Part shown: positions 1-10,062 of the stretch, one piece after another
Position numbering within the stretch: position 1 is the first letter of the stretch
How the letters are laid out: the number at the start of each line of letters is the position of its first letter
NCBI GenBank assembly: GCA_963848295.1
Contig: CAWKDB010000010.1
Location: 2,560,001 to 2,624,000 of the forward strand
Reading direction: 5' to 3'
Source of the DNA: an uncultured delta proteobacterium
GTDB taxonomy: Bacteria > Myxococcota_A > Polyangia > Haliangiales > Haliangiaceae
DNA length: 64,000 nucleotides
Translations under genes and position numbers: made by a program
Notes under the pieces: model-generated
Told to the model about the DNA's origin: nothing
The model's database searches: none
The model's input: only the letters and a program-made list of their open reading frames with translations

Positions 1-1374
1 GCGCAGCTCAACCTCGGCGATTGCCGGGCGAAGCTCGGACAGGTCGCCACGGCGCGCGCGGTGTTCCTCGAGGCGGCGGCATCGTCGCGAGCGGCGGGCG
101 ACTCCGAGCGCGAGGCCGAAGCCAACCGGCAAGCCTCGCTGCTCGAAGCGAAGCTGTCTTATCTGACGGTCGACGCGGCAGCCGAGACCCGCGCGTTGCC
201 CGGACTCGCGATCGATCTCGACGGTCGCGTGCTGCCGATGACCGCGCTCGACGTGTCGATGCCGATCGATCCCGGCGAGCACACGATCACCGCGGCGGCT
301 GCGAAGCGCACGCAGTGGCAGGGCAAGATCGTGATCGGCGCCGGCGAGCGCACCGCCGAGATCGCGATTCCGGCGCTCGTCGCGGTCGCACCGCCGCGAC
401 CGCCCGCCAATCCCGGCGACGCGGAGCTGATCGCGCAAGCGATCGCCGCGCACCAAGCGGACGTGGCCGAACACGGAGATGCTCCGGCCGTCGCTGCGGC
501 TCCGGACGTGGCGGTCTACGGCGGTGCTCCGGCGGTCGCTGCTCCAGCCGCCACTGCGGCTCCCGCGATCGTGGCGGCTCCGCTCGTCGCGGTAGCTGCT
601 CCAGACGTTGCAACCGCTCGAGAGTCTCCCGCGGTCGATCCGCGCTGGAGCTCCGAGATCGGTAATCGCCCGCTCGTCACGCCACACGGCAAGATCGAGA
701 TCCACAACGGGCTGCCGATCTTCGCGGAACCGACCTACGACGGCGCCGCGTTCGAAGGCTACGTCACGAACGAGGCGATCGGCGTCGGTGCTAGCTACGG
801 TCTCGTCGATCGCCTCGAGATCGGCCTCGACACGATGCAAGTGCTCGGTACGGGCGGCAATAGCGCGGTGTCGTTTCACGCCGCGTATGATGCGGTCGAG
901 ACCGATGCGCTCGATCTCGTCGCGGACGCGAACCTCGCGTTCATGACGGTTCCAGGCTCCACCGATGCCAACCTCGAGCTCGGGATCGGGCTCCGCTACA
1001 GGATCGACGACATGTTCTCGCTGTTCACCGGTCGCAACGGCGCGCCGACGATGCCGCTGCCGGTCGACTTCTTCAACCACTACCAAGCCAACATCGGGCT
1101 CGATAACGGTCAGGCGATCGTCATTCGCGTCCCGGTTGGATTCGCCGTGCAGGCGACGCCGAATATCTACGCGTCGGTGTCGACGACGCTCGCGGCGTTT
1201 ACGGTGAGCGATCCGATGGCGTCGGCGTTCATCGGCGTCGATGCGATTCCGGTCTCGGTCGGCGCGTACTTCTCGACTCGCATGTTCGATGCCGGGTTGC
1301 AGTTCACCGACGATCTCGAGAACGCGAACAACGGCTACGTCGCATCGCTCGCGTTCCGTTACTACGTCCACTGA
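1..1374 (+). CDS. 5'-truncated protein: TPR-like N-terminus, PEGA-like segment, Ala/Pro linker, C-terminal outer-membrane beta-barrel-like domain
   Basis: Frame is open from base 1 (AQLNLGDCRAKLGQVATARAVF, TPR-like). IDPGEHTITA resembles PEGA. C-terminal half has alternating hydrophobic strands ending ...LAFRYYVH. Confidence 0.6.
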   Translation, partial: AQLNLGDCRAKLGQVATARAVFLEAAASSRAAGDSEREAEANRQASLLEAKLSYLTVDAAAETRALPGLAIDLDGRVLPMTALDVSMPIDPGEHTITAAAAKRTQWQGKIVIGAGERTAEIAIPALVAVAPPRPPANPGDAELIAQAIAAHQADVAEHGDAPAVAAAPDVAVYGGAPAVAAPAATAAPAIVAAPLVAVAAPDVATARESPAVDPRWSSEIGNRPLVTPHGKIEIHNGLPIFAEPTYDGAAFEGYVTNEAIGVGASYGLVDRLEIGLDTMQVLGTGGNSAVSFHAAYDAVETDALDLVADANLAFMTVPGSTDANLELGIGLRYRIDDMFSLFTGRNGAPTMPLPVDFFNHYQANIGLDNGQAIVIRVPVGFAVQATPNIYASVSTTLAAFTVSDPMASAFIGVDAIPVSVGAYFSTRMFDAGLQFTDDLENANNGYVASLAFRYYVH

Positions 1375-1382
1375 GCTCAACC

Positions 1383-2935
<1,553 letters not shown>

Positions 2936-2939
<4 letters not shown>

Positions 2940-3142
2940 CCCGGGTAGCGGCAGGGCGCGGTGTGGACCGTGCCAGTCGGGCGAACGCAACGGACCGCGG
3001 CGGCCGCGGCGATCGTCGGGCGCACGATCAAGATCGTGTGCGTGTTGACTCCGGCGCCGCCCGCGCCGTCGAGTTGTTCGCCGTCGAGCACGCGCACGGT
3101 CGAGGTGGAGAGCGACAGCTTCTTGTGGCTGAGTTTCTTCAT
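2936..3142 (-). CDS. 68-aa RiPP-precursor-like peptide (KKLSL..TVRVL leader, GG site, Thr/Cys core)
   Basis: ATG at 3142 gives MKKLSHKKLSLSTSTVRVLDGEQLDGAGGAGVNTHTILIVRPTIAAAAAVRCVRPTGTVHTAPCRYPG. Confidence 0.65.
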
Positions 3143-3194
3143 ATCCGGCAGAGCCACGAGCCCGCAGCTTCGGCTCACTCGAACCGCATCGAGA

Positions 3195-3216
3195 TGTCTC
3201 GGGACAGTCCGGGACA
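3195..3216. promoter_or_regulatory. Putative enhancer (UAS) palindrome plus adjacent half-site
   Basis: TGTCTCGGGACA at 3195-3206 followed by GTCCGGGACA; the same motif recurs at 5221, 5840 and 9385. Confidence 0.7.
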
Positions 3217-3268
3217 CGATCGAACCGGCCGAGTCGCGTCGCTAGGTGGTCGTGACGCGGTTCGCGCG

Positions 3269-3284
3269 AGGCACGGCAGTTGCT
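3269..3284 (+). promoter_or_regulatory. sigma54 -24/-12 promoter
   Basis: AGGCACGGCAGTTGCT, GG-N10-GC, close to consensus TGGCACG-N4-TTGCW; ATG at 3298. Confidence 0.8.
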
Positions 3285-3297
3285 GTCGTGACGATCC

Positions 3298-3819
3298 ATG
3301 CAAACGACATCTGTTCGCACCCCCGCTGCCCTCCTTGCCATCGCGCTGTGCGGAACGGCGTGTGGTCCCTCCGTCGTCCCATACGTTCGCGCCGGCGCTC
3401 CGGCACCGGTTCACTTCACCGACAATGACGATGGTGGCGCCTACTCGGTCACCGTCGTCGACGCGAATGGTGCGACGATGCCGGCGTGCAAGCTGCCGTG
3501 CGACCAGCAGGTCGCGACCGGCACCGCCACGGTCATCTTCTCGAGCCCGGAGGATCGCGCCGTGTCCGGACGCGCGGTGATTCCAGCCGGGCAGAGCAAG
3601 GTGTCGTTTCACAAGAAGCGGAAGGGCATGGTCATCGCCGGTGCCATCGTCGCTGCCTCGGGTGAGCTGCTCGCGATTCCGATGGAGGTCGAGGCGGAGG
3701 GCGGCGGTGACGTCGATGCGGGCAGCCTCGGGCTCGGCGTCGTCGGCCTCGGCGCTCTGATCGTCGGCACCGTGCTGATGATGGCGTCGGGCCACGACGG
3801 CGTCGATGTCGACCAGTGA
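3298..3819 (+). CDS. Hypothetical exported (lipo)protein with C-terminal hydrophobic helices
   Basis: Signal/lipobox-like LLAIALCGTAC; CKLPC motif; two Gly-rich hydrophobic segments at the C-terminus. Confidence 0.65.
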   Translation: MQTTSVRTPAALLAIALCGTACGPSVVPYVRAGAPAPVHFTDNDDGGAYSVTVVDANGATMPACKLPCDQQVATGTATVIFSSPEDRAVSGRAVIPAGQSKVSFHKKRKGMVIAGAIVAASGELLAIPMEVEAEGGGDVDAGSLGLGVVGLGALIVGTVLMMASGHDGVDVDQ

Positions 3820-3849
3820 AGAAAACAACCGCGCTCGCGACGCCGTGAT

Positions 3850-5202
3850 CTAGCGGCGCAGGCCCAGTCGCTTCATCCAGCGCCGGATCTGCGTGCGATC
3901 CTTGCCGAGCTCGCGTGCGACGGTCGCGAGGTTGCCGCCGTGGCGCTCGATCGACGCCGCGAGCTGGTCGCGGAGGGCACGGTCGGCTGGGGTCAGCGCG
4001 GCTTCGTCGACGACGGGCTCGACCGCGAATACCGAGTGCATCGCGGCGGGTAGGTCGGCCAGCTCGACCCGATCGCGCGGCAGCGCAGTCGCCGAGCCGA
4101 GCGCGCGCTCGAGCTCGCGGATGTTGAGCGGCCATTCGTACGCGTAGAGCGCGGCGAGCGCATCGATCGAGAACGCGACGCGACGCGAGCGCGGCACTCG
4201 ACCGAGCAACGCGGCGACGAGCAGCGACAGGTCTTCGCGCCGGTCGCGCAGCGGCGGCATCTTGAATTGAAACCCGAGCAAGCGCGCGCGCACGTCGGCG
4301 CGGAACCGCCCGGCCGCGACGGCGGCATCGAGGTCCTGATGCGTCGCGGTCACGATGCGTACATCGACGCGGATCGGCCGATCACCGCCGACCGGCGTGA
4401 CCTCGCCTTCTTGCAGCACCCGGAGTAACGCCGCTTGTGATACCGGAGGGAGCTCGGCGATCTCGTCGAGGAACAGCGTGCCGCGATCGGCGGATCGGAT
4501 CAGCCCGGGCCGATCCTCGGTTGCGCCGGTGAACGCACCCTTGCGATGGCCGAACAGCTCGGCTTCGAGCAGCGTGCCCGGGATGCCGCCGCAATTGACC
4601 GCGACGAACGCGCCCGGGCGCTCCGACAATGCGTGCACGCTGCGCGCGATCAGCTCCTTGCCCGTGCCGGTCTCTCCGGTGACCTCGATCGCGACCTGCG
4701 CCTTCGCCGCGAGCGACAGGTCCGCGAAGCTCGTCGCGAGCGCAGGCGAGACCGTTTGCAGACCGGGCAACGTCGCGGCGAGTGACGTCGTGAGGTTCGG
4801 CGCTTCGCCGCCGGCCGAGCGATAGATCAGCGCGGTGTGGCCGACGATGATCACGTCGCCGTCGTCGAGCTCTTGGCTCTTGATCCGCCGCCCGCCCGAC
4901 CACGAGCCATTCTTCGAGCTCAGATCCTGGAACGTCCACGTCGACCCGCTGCACGTCAGCCGCGCATGCCCTTGCGACAGTCGCGCGTCGGCGAGCGCGA
5001 CCACCGCGACTTCGGCATCCTCGACCCGATCATAGGTGATGCGGCGCGCGTCGGCTCGCCGGATGTCGACCCGGTCGAGCCCGGTCAAGCTGATCCGCAC
5101 CGGCGGCGTCTCCGGAGCATCTGCGTTCAGCCCCACGTAGAGCGCCGGTTGCTCGCGCCGGGTGCGCGGGCTCGCGATGACCGCGCTGAGGGTGTCCGAC
5201 AT
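3850..5202 (-). CDS. FHA-domain sigma54-dependent enhancer-binding protein (FHA-AAA+-Fis HTH)
   Basis: LSQGHARL...DLSSKNGS (FHA), GETGTGKE Walker A, GAFTGA, FLDEI, WPLNIREL, C-terminal HTH (GNLATVARELGKDRTQIRRW). Start moved to ATG 5202. Confidence 0.93.
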   Translation of the reverse strand: MSDTLSAVIASPRTRREQPALYVGLNADAPETPPVRISLTGLDRVDIRRADARRITYDRVEDAEVAVVALADARLSQGHARLTCSGSTWTFQDLSSKNGSWSGGRRIKSQELDDGDVIIVGHTALIYRSAGGEAPNLTTSLAATLPGLQTVSPALATSFADLSLAAKAQVAIEVTGETGTGKELIARSVHALSERPGAFVAVNCGGIPGTLLEAELFGHRKGAFTGATEDRPGLIRSADRGTLFLDEIAELPPVSQAALLRVLQEGEVTPVGGDRPIRVDVRIVTATHQDLDAAVAAGRFRADVRARLLGFQFKMPPLRDRREDLSLLVAALLGRVPRSRRVAFSIDALAALYAYEWPLNIRELERALGSATALPRDRVELADLPAAMHSVFAVEPVVDEAALTPADRALRDQLAASIERHGGNLATVARELGKDRTQIRRWMKRLGLRR

Positions 5203-5220
5203 TGGCGTCAGCTTAATCGA

Positions 5221-5232
5221 TGTCCCGAGACA
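5221..5232. promoter_or_regulatory. Putative UAS palindrome, also in the spacer of the activator's own promoter
   Basis: TGTCCCGAGACA. A minus-strand TAAGCT -10 box at 5210-5215 lies 7 nt before the EBP ATG. Confidence 0.7.
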
Positions 5233-5272
5233 CCGCGTGACCCGCTGCACGCAACCGATGACGAGCAACGCG

Positions 5273-5288
5273 TGGCACGAGCATTGCC
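5273..5288 (+). promoter_or_regulatory. sigma54 -24/-12 promoter
   Basis: TGGCACGAGCATTGCC, near-perfect consensus; ATG at 5301. Confidence 0.85.
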
Positions 5289-5300
5289 TCAGCCGACTAG

Positions 5301-5837
5301 ATGTCCGAAGGCCACGAACCGCCTCACCGGGCGAGCATTCGTGCGCTGCGCGCGGCGCTGGAGCGGTCATCATCGCTTGCGGCCCGGCTCGCGCTGTTGC
5401 CGACGCTCGTCGCGACCGCCGAGACGTTCGCCGCGAATCACGGCGAGCCGATCGCCGCGACCGCGTACATGTCGCCGGAACAAGCTCGCGGCGACGCGCT
5501 CGACGAACGCAGCGATGTCTATGCGCTCGGCGCCCTGCTCTATCACCTGCTCGTCGGCGAGCCACGGGATCGCAACGCGCGGCTCGACGAGGATCGTGCA
5601 CCGCCCGAGCTGGTCAGCATCGCGCACAAGGCCATGGCGCGCGGCCCGGCGTGGCGTTACGAGAATGCCGCCGAGCTCGTCGACGAGCTGCGCCGCTATC
5701 AGGATGGGCGCGATGTCGCCGCCCATGCGTACTCGCGGGTCGAGCTCGCGCGTCGGTGGTGGAGCCGGCATCGGTTGGTCGCGCTCTCGGTCGTGGGCGC
5801 GATCATCGCGATCGCGGTCGCCCTGGTCGCGTTCTGA
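5301..5837 (+). CDS. Minimal pseudokinase (kinase C-lobe fragment plus TM anchor)
   Basis: TAYMSPEQARGDALDERSDVYALGALLY aligns with the kinase at 6595-9321. N-lobe, HRDLKP and DFG/DWG are missing. C-terminal TM helix. Confidence 0.75.
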   Translation: MSEGHEPPHRASIRALRAALERSSSLAARLALLPTLVATAETFAANHGEPIAATAYMSPEQARGDALDERSDVYALGALLYHLLVGEPRDRNARLDEDRAPPELVSIAHKAMARGPAWRYENAAELVDELRRYQDGRDVAAHAYSRVELARRWWSRHRLVALSVVGAIIAIAVALVAF

Positions 5838-5839
5838 GC

Positions 5840-5851
5840 TGTCCCGGGACA
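5840..5851. promoter_or_regulatory. Putative UAS, perfect palindrome
   Basis: TGTCCCGGGACA. Confidence 0.7.
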
Positions 5852-5895
5852 CTCGATTCGCGCACCTGCTCGCAGCGGTTTCGCGGTGTTCGGCG

Positions 5896-5911
5896 CGGCA
5901 TGGCACGTGCT
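5896..5911 (+). promoter_or_regulatory. sigma54 -24/-12 promoter (degenerate)
   Basis: CGGCATGGCACGTGCT, GG-N10-GC; ATG at 5925. Confidence 0.6.
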
Positions 5912-5924
5912 CTTCGTCGCGACC

Positions 5925-6614
5925 ATGGAAGCCATCTCACCGCTCACTCGATCGTTCTTGCTCGTGTCTCTCGGTCTCGGCCTCGCGGCGTGCGGAGGTA
6001 TGAACCAGCAAGAGCCGCCCGACGGCGGTTCCAACCACAGCTGCGGTGCCGGAAGCAACGCGTGTGAGACCTGCGGCGACGAGAGCTGCTGTTCCGAGCT
6101 GCAAGCCTGCGCGGACAATGCGTCGTGCCAGGCGGACATCGACTGCGTGGCCGGCTGCGGTAGCGATACGGCGTGCATCAACACCTGCGCCGCCGACCAC
6201 TCCGCCGGCGTCGCAGATGCGAACGCGCTCGCGACTTGCGTCAACAGCTACTGCAGCGAAGCATGTGCCGCCGCGCCGGCCGATTTCAGCCCGGTCGGCA
6301 CGTGGAACCTCGACATGAGCTTCGCCGAGAGCAGCTGTGGCAACCCCGCCTCGTTCAACACCGAGAGCCTCACGATCTCGCAGGCGGCGAACGGCTACAA
6401 CGTGGTCTCCGGCAGCGCCTCGATCACCGGAACGACGTCGTGCACCGCCTCGGGATGCTTGGTCTCGCTCGTCCTCGACTTCACGGTCAATAGCACCGCG
6501 TATCAGCAGACGTTGAACCTCTCGCTCGGGTCGACCGGCTCTCTCTCCGGTTCCGGGATCGAGAGTTGGAGCACGTGCTCGCAACAGATGTCGATCACGG
6601 GCTCGAGGCTGTAG
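5925..6614 (+). CDS. Cys-rich lipoprotein
   Basis: Lipobox GLAAC; CETCGDESCC...C Cys-rich module; C-terminal beta-rich domain starting GTWNL. Confidence 0.75.
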   Translation: MEAISPLTRSFLLVSLGLGLAACGGMNQQEPPDGGSNHSCGAGSNACETCGDESCCSELQACADNASCQADIDCVAGCGSDTACINTCAADHSAGVADANALATCVNSYCSEACAAAPADFSPVGTWNLDMSFAESSCGNPASFNTESLTISQAANGYNVVSGSASITGTTSCTASGCLVSLVLDFTVNSTAYQQTLNLSLGSTGSLSGSGIESWSTCSQQMSITGSRL

Positions 6615-9321
6615 CCGCCCGCGCGTTCTTCAGCCTCTTGTCGAGATCGGTCAGGTCTTGAGCGAAGTTATTGGTCAGCTTGCCGTCCTCGCCGAGCTTG
6701 CGGAGCGTCGCCAGCATCGTCGCCATCATCGCGAGGCCTTCGGCGCGCTTCGGCTGCTGAGCCGCGAGCGTCTCTCCAACTGAAAACTTCGTCGCTAGCG
6801 CGTTGATCTGGAGCCGTGCATTGGTCGGGTCGCCGCGCAGTAAGTCCTCGTCGATCGTGAGGCGCGCGCGATAACTCGCTTCCGACTTGATCCAGTCGCC
6901 GCTCAGCCGGAAGGCGTCCCCGAGGTAGTCGTCGATCGAGGCGACGCTCGACGCGTATTGCGTGTTCGTCGGCGCCACGCGACTCGCCGACTGCGCGAGC
7001 TCGAGAGCGCGCTGCAGCAGGGGAATCGCGGTCGCGGTGTCGTGGATCTCGAGCAGATAGCCAGCGCGATGGCAGAGCGCATCGGAGAGGTCGATCGCCC
7101 GCGACACGTTCGTCTTGTCGCGCGCTGCGATCGCCTCGGTCACCGCGATCGACTTCACCATCCTCTTGGCAGCCTCGCTGGAGTGACCCATCGCGGCTTC
7201 GAGCTCGGCGAAGCGCTGGTACCCGTTGGCCAAGCTGCGTGCCCACTCGGCGTTGTCGGGGTCGAGGCTGACCAGCGGTTCGGCCGCGGCAACGAGCTCA
7301 TCCGCGTCGACCTTGGCGTCCGCGAGCTTCTCCGCCGAGATCGCGAGCTCGAACAGCTTGTCCCAGCTGACCACGATGCCGTGGCGAACGTCGAGATCAC
7401 CCGGGTCATCGCGAGCGATGTCCTGACGTAACGCGAGCGCGCTGCGCGCCGCTTGGTCGGCGGCGGCCCAGTTGTCGCGCCCCGACTCCGCGTCGCTCTC
7501 GCGATCGTAGCACTTCGCGAGCTCGAGGCGCGCGGCGCGACGCTGCGCCGGATCGTCGATCACCGAGCGAGCCGCATCGAAGCAACGCGAGAGCTCGGCG
7601 ACCGCGTCGTCCAGCTTACCGCTCAAGAACGCGCCGGTGGACAACCGGCGGTGGACCATCGCGAGCAGGATCGCGACGCTCGCGTGATCGGGAATCGCTT
7701 CCAGCGCGGTGCGTGCGTGGCCGAGTAGCGCGTCGGCCTCGTCGACCTTGCCGGCCTCGAGCAGCGATGCCGCGTACTCGTTCTGCGCCCGCGCGAGTGC
7801 AACCGCAGCTTCGCGATCGTGTGCAGCGAGCGGCGTGGCGCGTGCGATCGCCTGCTCGTACGACCGGTTCGACGCCTCGGAATCGCCGCCGGAGTAGAAG
7901 ACATCGCCGAGCACCTGGAGCGCGGCGATTCGGCGCAGCTCTTCATCGCGGTCGAGTGTCTTGGCGCGCGTCGCGAGCGAGTTGTAATAGCCCTCGACGT
8001 GCTTCGCCACGCCTTGCATCACGTCGAGCCGACCGACGCGCTCGAGCTGAGGCTTGAGCTCGGTGAGCATGAACGAGACCAGGCCCTCCGCGCCGCCGCG
8101 CTCGGTGTCCGCCCGCGTCTGCTCGGTCTCGGCCCGCGTCCGCTCGGCTTCGGCGTCGCGCCGCGCCGCTTGCGCGGTATCGCGCTCGTCGACGATGCGC
8201 GCGACCGACACACCGGACAAGACGGCGATCGCGATCGTCGCGACCGCGATCACGGCGACGACAGCGCGGTGCTTCGCGATGAACCGCCATGCTCGCTGCA
8301 GGAACGTATAGCGCCGCGCGCCGACGAGCTGGCCGGTCTGAAACCGCCGGAGATCGCCCGCGAGCTCGCGGGCATCGCGATAGCGGTTGTCCGGGACCCG
8401 CGACATCGCCTTGCCGACGATCGCTGCGAGGTCGCGCGGCGTCTCGGGGACGAGGTCCGACAGCATCCGCGGTCGCTGGTCGATCACGCGATCGAGGATG
8501 ATGTCGGCGCTGTCGCCGTCGAACGGCGGGCGACCCGCGAGCACGGTGTACAGCATCGCGCCGATCGCATAGACGTCGGCGCGCTCGTCGACGCGATCGC
8601 CGCGCGCTTGCTCCGGAGGCATGTACGCCGGCGTGCCGACCACTGCGCCGTAGGCCGTCTCGCTGGTCGCGCCGCGGACGTGGGGCAGCGGCGTGTCATT
8701 CGCCGGGCTCGCGCGCAGGTCCTTCGCGAGCCCCCAATCGATCACGACGGTCTCGCCGAACTCGCCGACGAGCACGTTCGCCGGCTTGAGGTCGCGATGG
8801 ATCACGCCACGCGAGTGCGCGTAGGCCAACGCTTCGGCGACCGCGATCACGTGCGGCACGAGCGCGAGTCGGTCGGTCGTGCTGGTCGTGTCGCGCACGA
8901 CCGCATCGAGCGCGCGGCCGCTGACGAGCTCCATCGCGTAGAACGGCTCGCCGTCGCGCCACGTGCCCGCTTCGTGGATCGTCACGATCGACGGATGCTG
9001 CAGCGTCGCGGTGATCCGGACCTCGCGCGCGAACCGCGCCGCGAGCTCGGGCGACGGCTTGATCAACTCCTTGATCGCGACGTCGCGGCCGAGCCGACGG
9101 TCTCGCGCGCGCAACACGCGGCCCATCCCGCCCTGCGCGACGGTTCCGGCGATGACGTAGTCCCCCGGTGCGACCTCGCGGAGCGAGTCGTAGTCCGGTT
9201 GGTCCCCCGCCGGCCCGGCGAGCGTATCGTCGAAGCTCGCGCGATCGTCCGGCGCGGAGGGCTTGCCCGTCGCCGAGGGGTTGCCCGTCACGGTCGGCTC
9301 GTCCGTTCCACGCCGCTCCAC
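6595..9321 (-). CDS. Membrane Ser/Thr protein kinase with extracytoplasmic TPR repeats
   Basis: QGGMGRV, VAIK, HRDLKPAN, DWG and GTPAYMPPE motifs; TM; coiled coil; TPR-like helical repeats. Start placed at GTG 9321. Confidence 0.92.
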   Translation of the reverse strand: MERRGTDEPTVTGNPSATGKPSAPDDRASFDDTLAGPAGDQPDYDSLREVAPGDYVIAGTVAQGGMGRVLRARDRRLGRDVAIKELIKPSPELAARFAREVRITATLQHPSIVTIHEAGTWRDGEPFYAMELVSGRALDAVVRDTTSTTDRLALVPHVIAVAEALAYAHSRGVIHRDLKPANVLVGEFGETVVIDWGLAKDLRASPANDTPLPHVRGATSETAYGAVVGTPAYMPPEQARGDRVDERADVYAIGAMLYTVLAGRPPFDGDSADIILDRVIDQRPRMLSDLVPETPRDLAAIVGKAMSRVPDNRYRDARELAGDLRRFQTGQLVGARRYTFLQRAWRFIAKHRAVVAVIAVATIAIAVLSGVSVARIVDERDTAQAARRDAEAERTRAETEQTRADTERGGAEGLVSFMLTELKPQLERVGRLDVMQGVAKHVEGYYNSLATRAKTLDRDEELRRIAALQVLGDVFYSGGDSEASNRSYEQAIARATPLAAHDREAAVALARAQNEYAASLLEAGKVDEADALLGHARTALEAIPDHASVAILLAMVHRRLSTGAFLSGKLDDAVAELSRCFDAARSVIDDPAQRRAARLELAKCYDRESDAESGRDNWAAADQAARSALALRQDIARDDPGDLDVRHGIVVSWDKLFELAISAEKLADAKVDADELVAAAEPLVSLDPDNAEWARSLANGYQRFAELEAAMGHSSEAAKRMVKSIAVTEAIAARDKTNVSRAIDLSDALCHRAGYLLEIHDTATAIPLLQRALELAQSASRVAPTNTQYASSVASIDDYLGDAFRLSGDWIKSEASYRARLTIDEDLLRGDPTNARLQINALATKFSVGETLAAQQPKRAEGLAMMATMLATLRKLGEDGKLTNNFAQDLTDLDKRLKNARAATASSP

Positions 9322-9384
9322 GCCGGCGATGCAACCGCATGAACTGACCGAAGTCAATTCCGTGAGGTCCGGGGCAGCGAACGA

Positions 9385-9396
9385 TGTCCCGGGACG
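9385..9396. promoter_or_regulatory. Putative UAS palindrome
   Basis: TGTCCCGGGACG (11/12 match to the perfect palindrome). Confidence 0.7.
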
Positions 9397-9436
9397 AGGC
9401 CGGTGCTCTCCGTTAGGACCGGAACCGCGATAGCGT

Positions 9437-9452
9437 TGGCACCCGGGTTGCT
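9437..9452 (+). promoter_or_regulatory. sigma54 -24/-12 promoter
   Basis: TGGCACCCGGGTTGCT; ATG at 9465. Confidence 0.85.
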
Positions 9453-9464
9453 GAGTAGCCGACC

Positions 9465-10043
9465 ATGAGCTTCCGAGCGCTGATCGCACTCGCCATCCTG
9501 TCGTTGCCTGCCGTTGCACGGGCCGATGACGCGGCCCCCGCGGGCGCAGCGCCGGTCGAGATCGCAGCGCCCGCCCAGATCGCAGCACCCACCAAGGTCG
9601 AGAAGGGGCTGTTCCTTTCGATCGGCTTCGGGTACCTACCGGGAGGAATCGACGGCCCGGGCGACGCGGCCGCCGGCATCACGCAAGTTGGCTAGCGCAT
9701 CCGCGCGAACCGGATCGAGCTGCGGTTCTCCGGCGTCGCCGCGTACGAAGAGACCTATTACCAGACGTCGTTCCACGCGCTCGGGCTCGCACAGTTCTTC
9801 GACTACGCCGGAGAGGTCTACAGTTTCGGCGCCGGCGTCGGCCTCGGCAGCTACTCGCCGATCGGCGACTACAACGCTGACAACGGCACCTCCGCCGAGC
9901 TGTTGCTCGTCACGACGCCTGCGACGTTGCACGTCGGCCCCGGCCATCACATCGAGCTCGGGGTGGATGTCGGGGCGCTCTACCTGGTCGCGTTCAGCGA
10001 GACCGATCCGTTCTTCCAGCTGCGCGGCGGCTACGCATTCTGA
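9465..10043 (+). pseudogene. Small outer-membrane beta-barrel protein interrupted by an in-frame TAG (9693-9695)
   Basis: Signal peptide. The frame continues after TAG (RIRANRIELRFSG...FQLRGGYAF*) and ends in a YxF barrel signature. Confidence 0.7.
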
Positions 10044-10062
10044 ATCGATCTATCGTGTAGCC

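Noticed and set aside
9693..9695. Pyrrolysine or stop-codon reassignment
   Set aside because: Many genes in the window end normally at TAG, and no pyl genes are seen.
9514..10062. N-terminal extension of the 557-aa ORF
   Set aside because: The region is occupied by the barrel gene in another frame; the real start with signal peptide and -10 box is ATG 10063.
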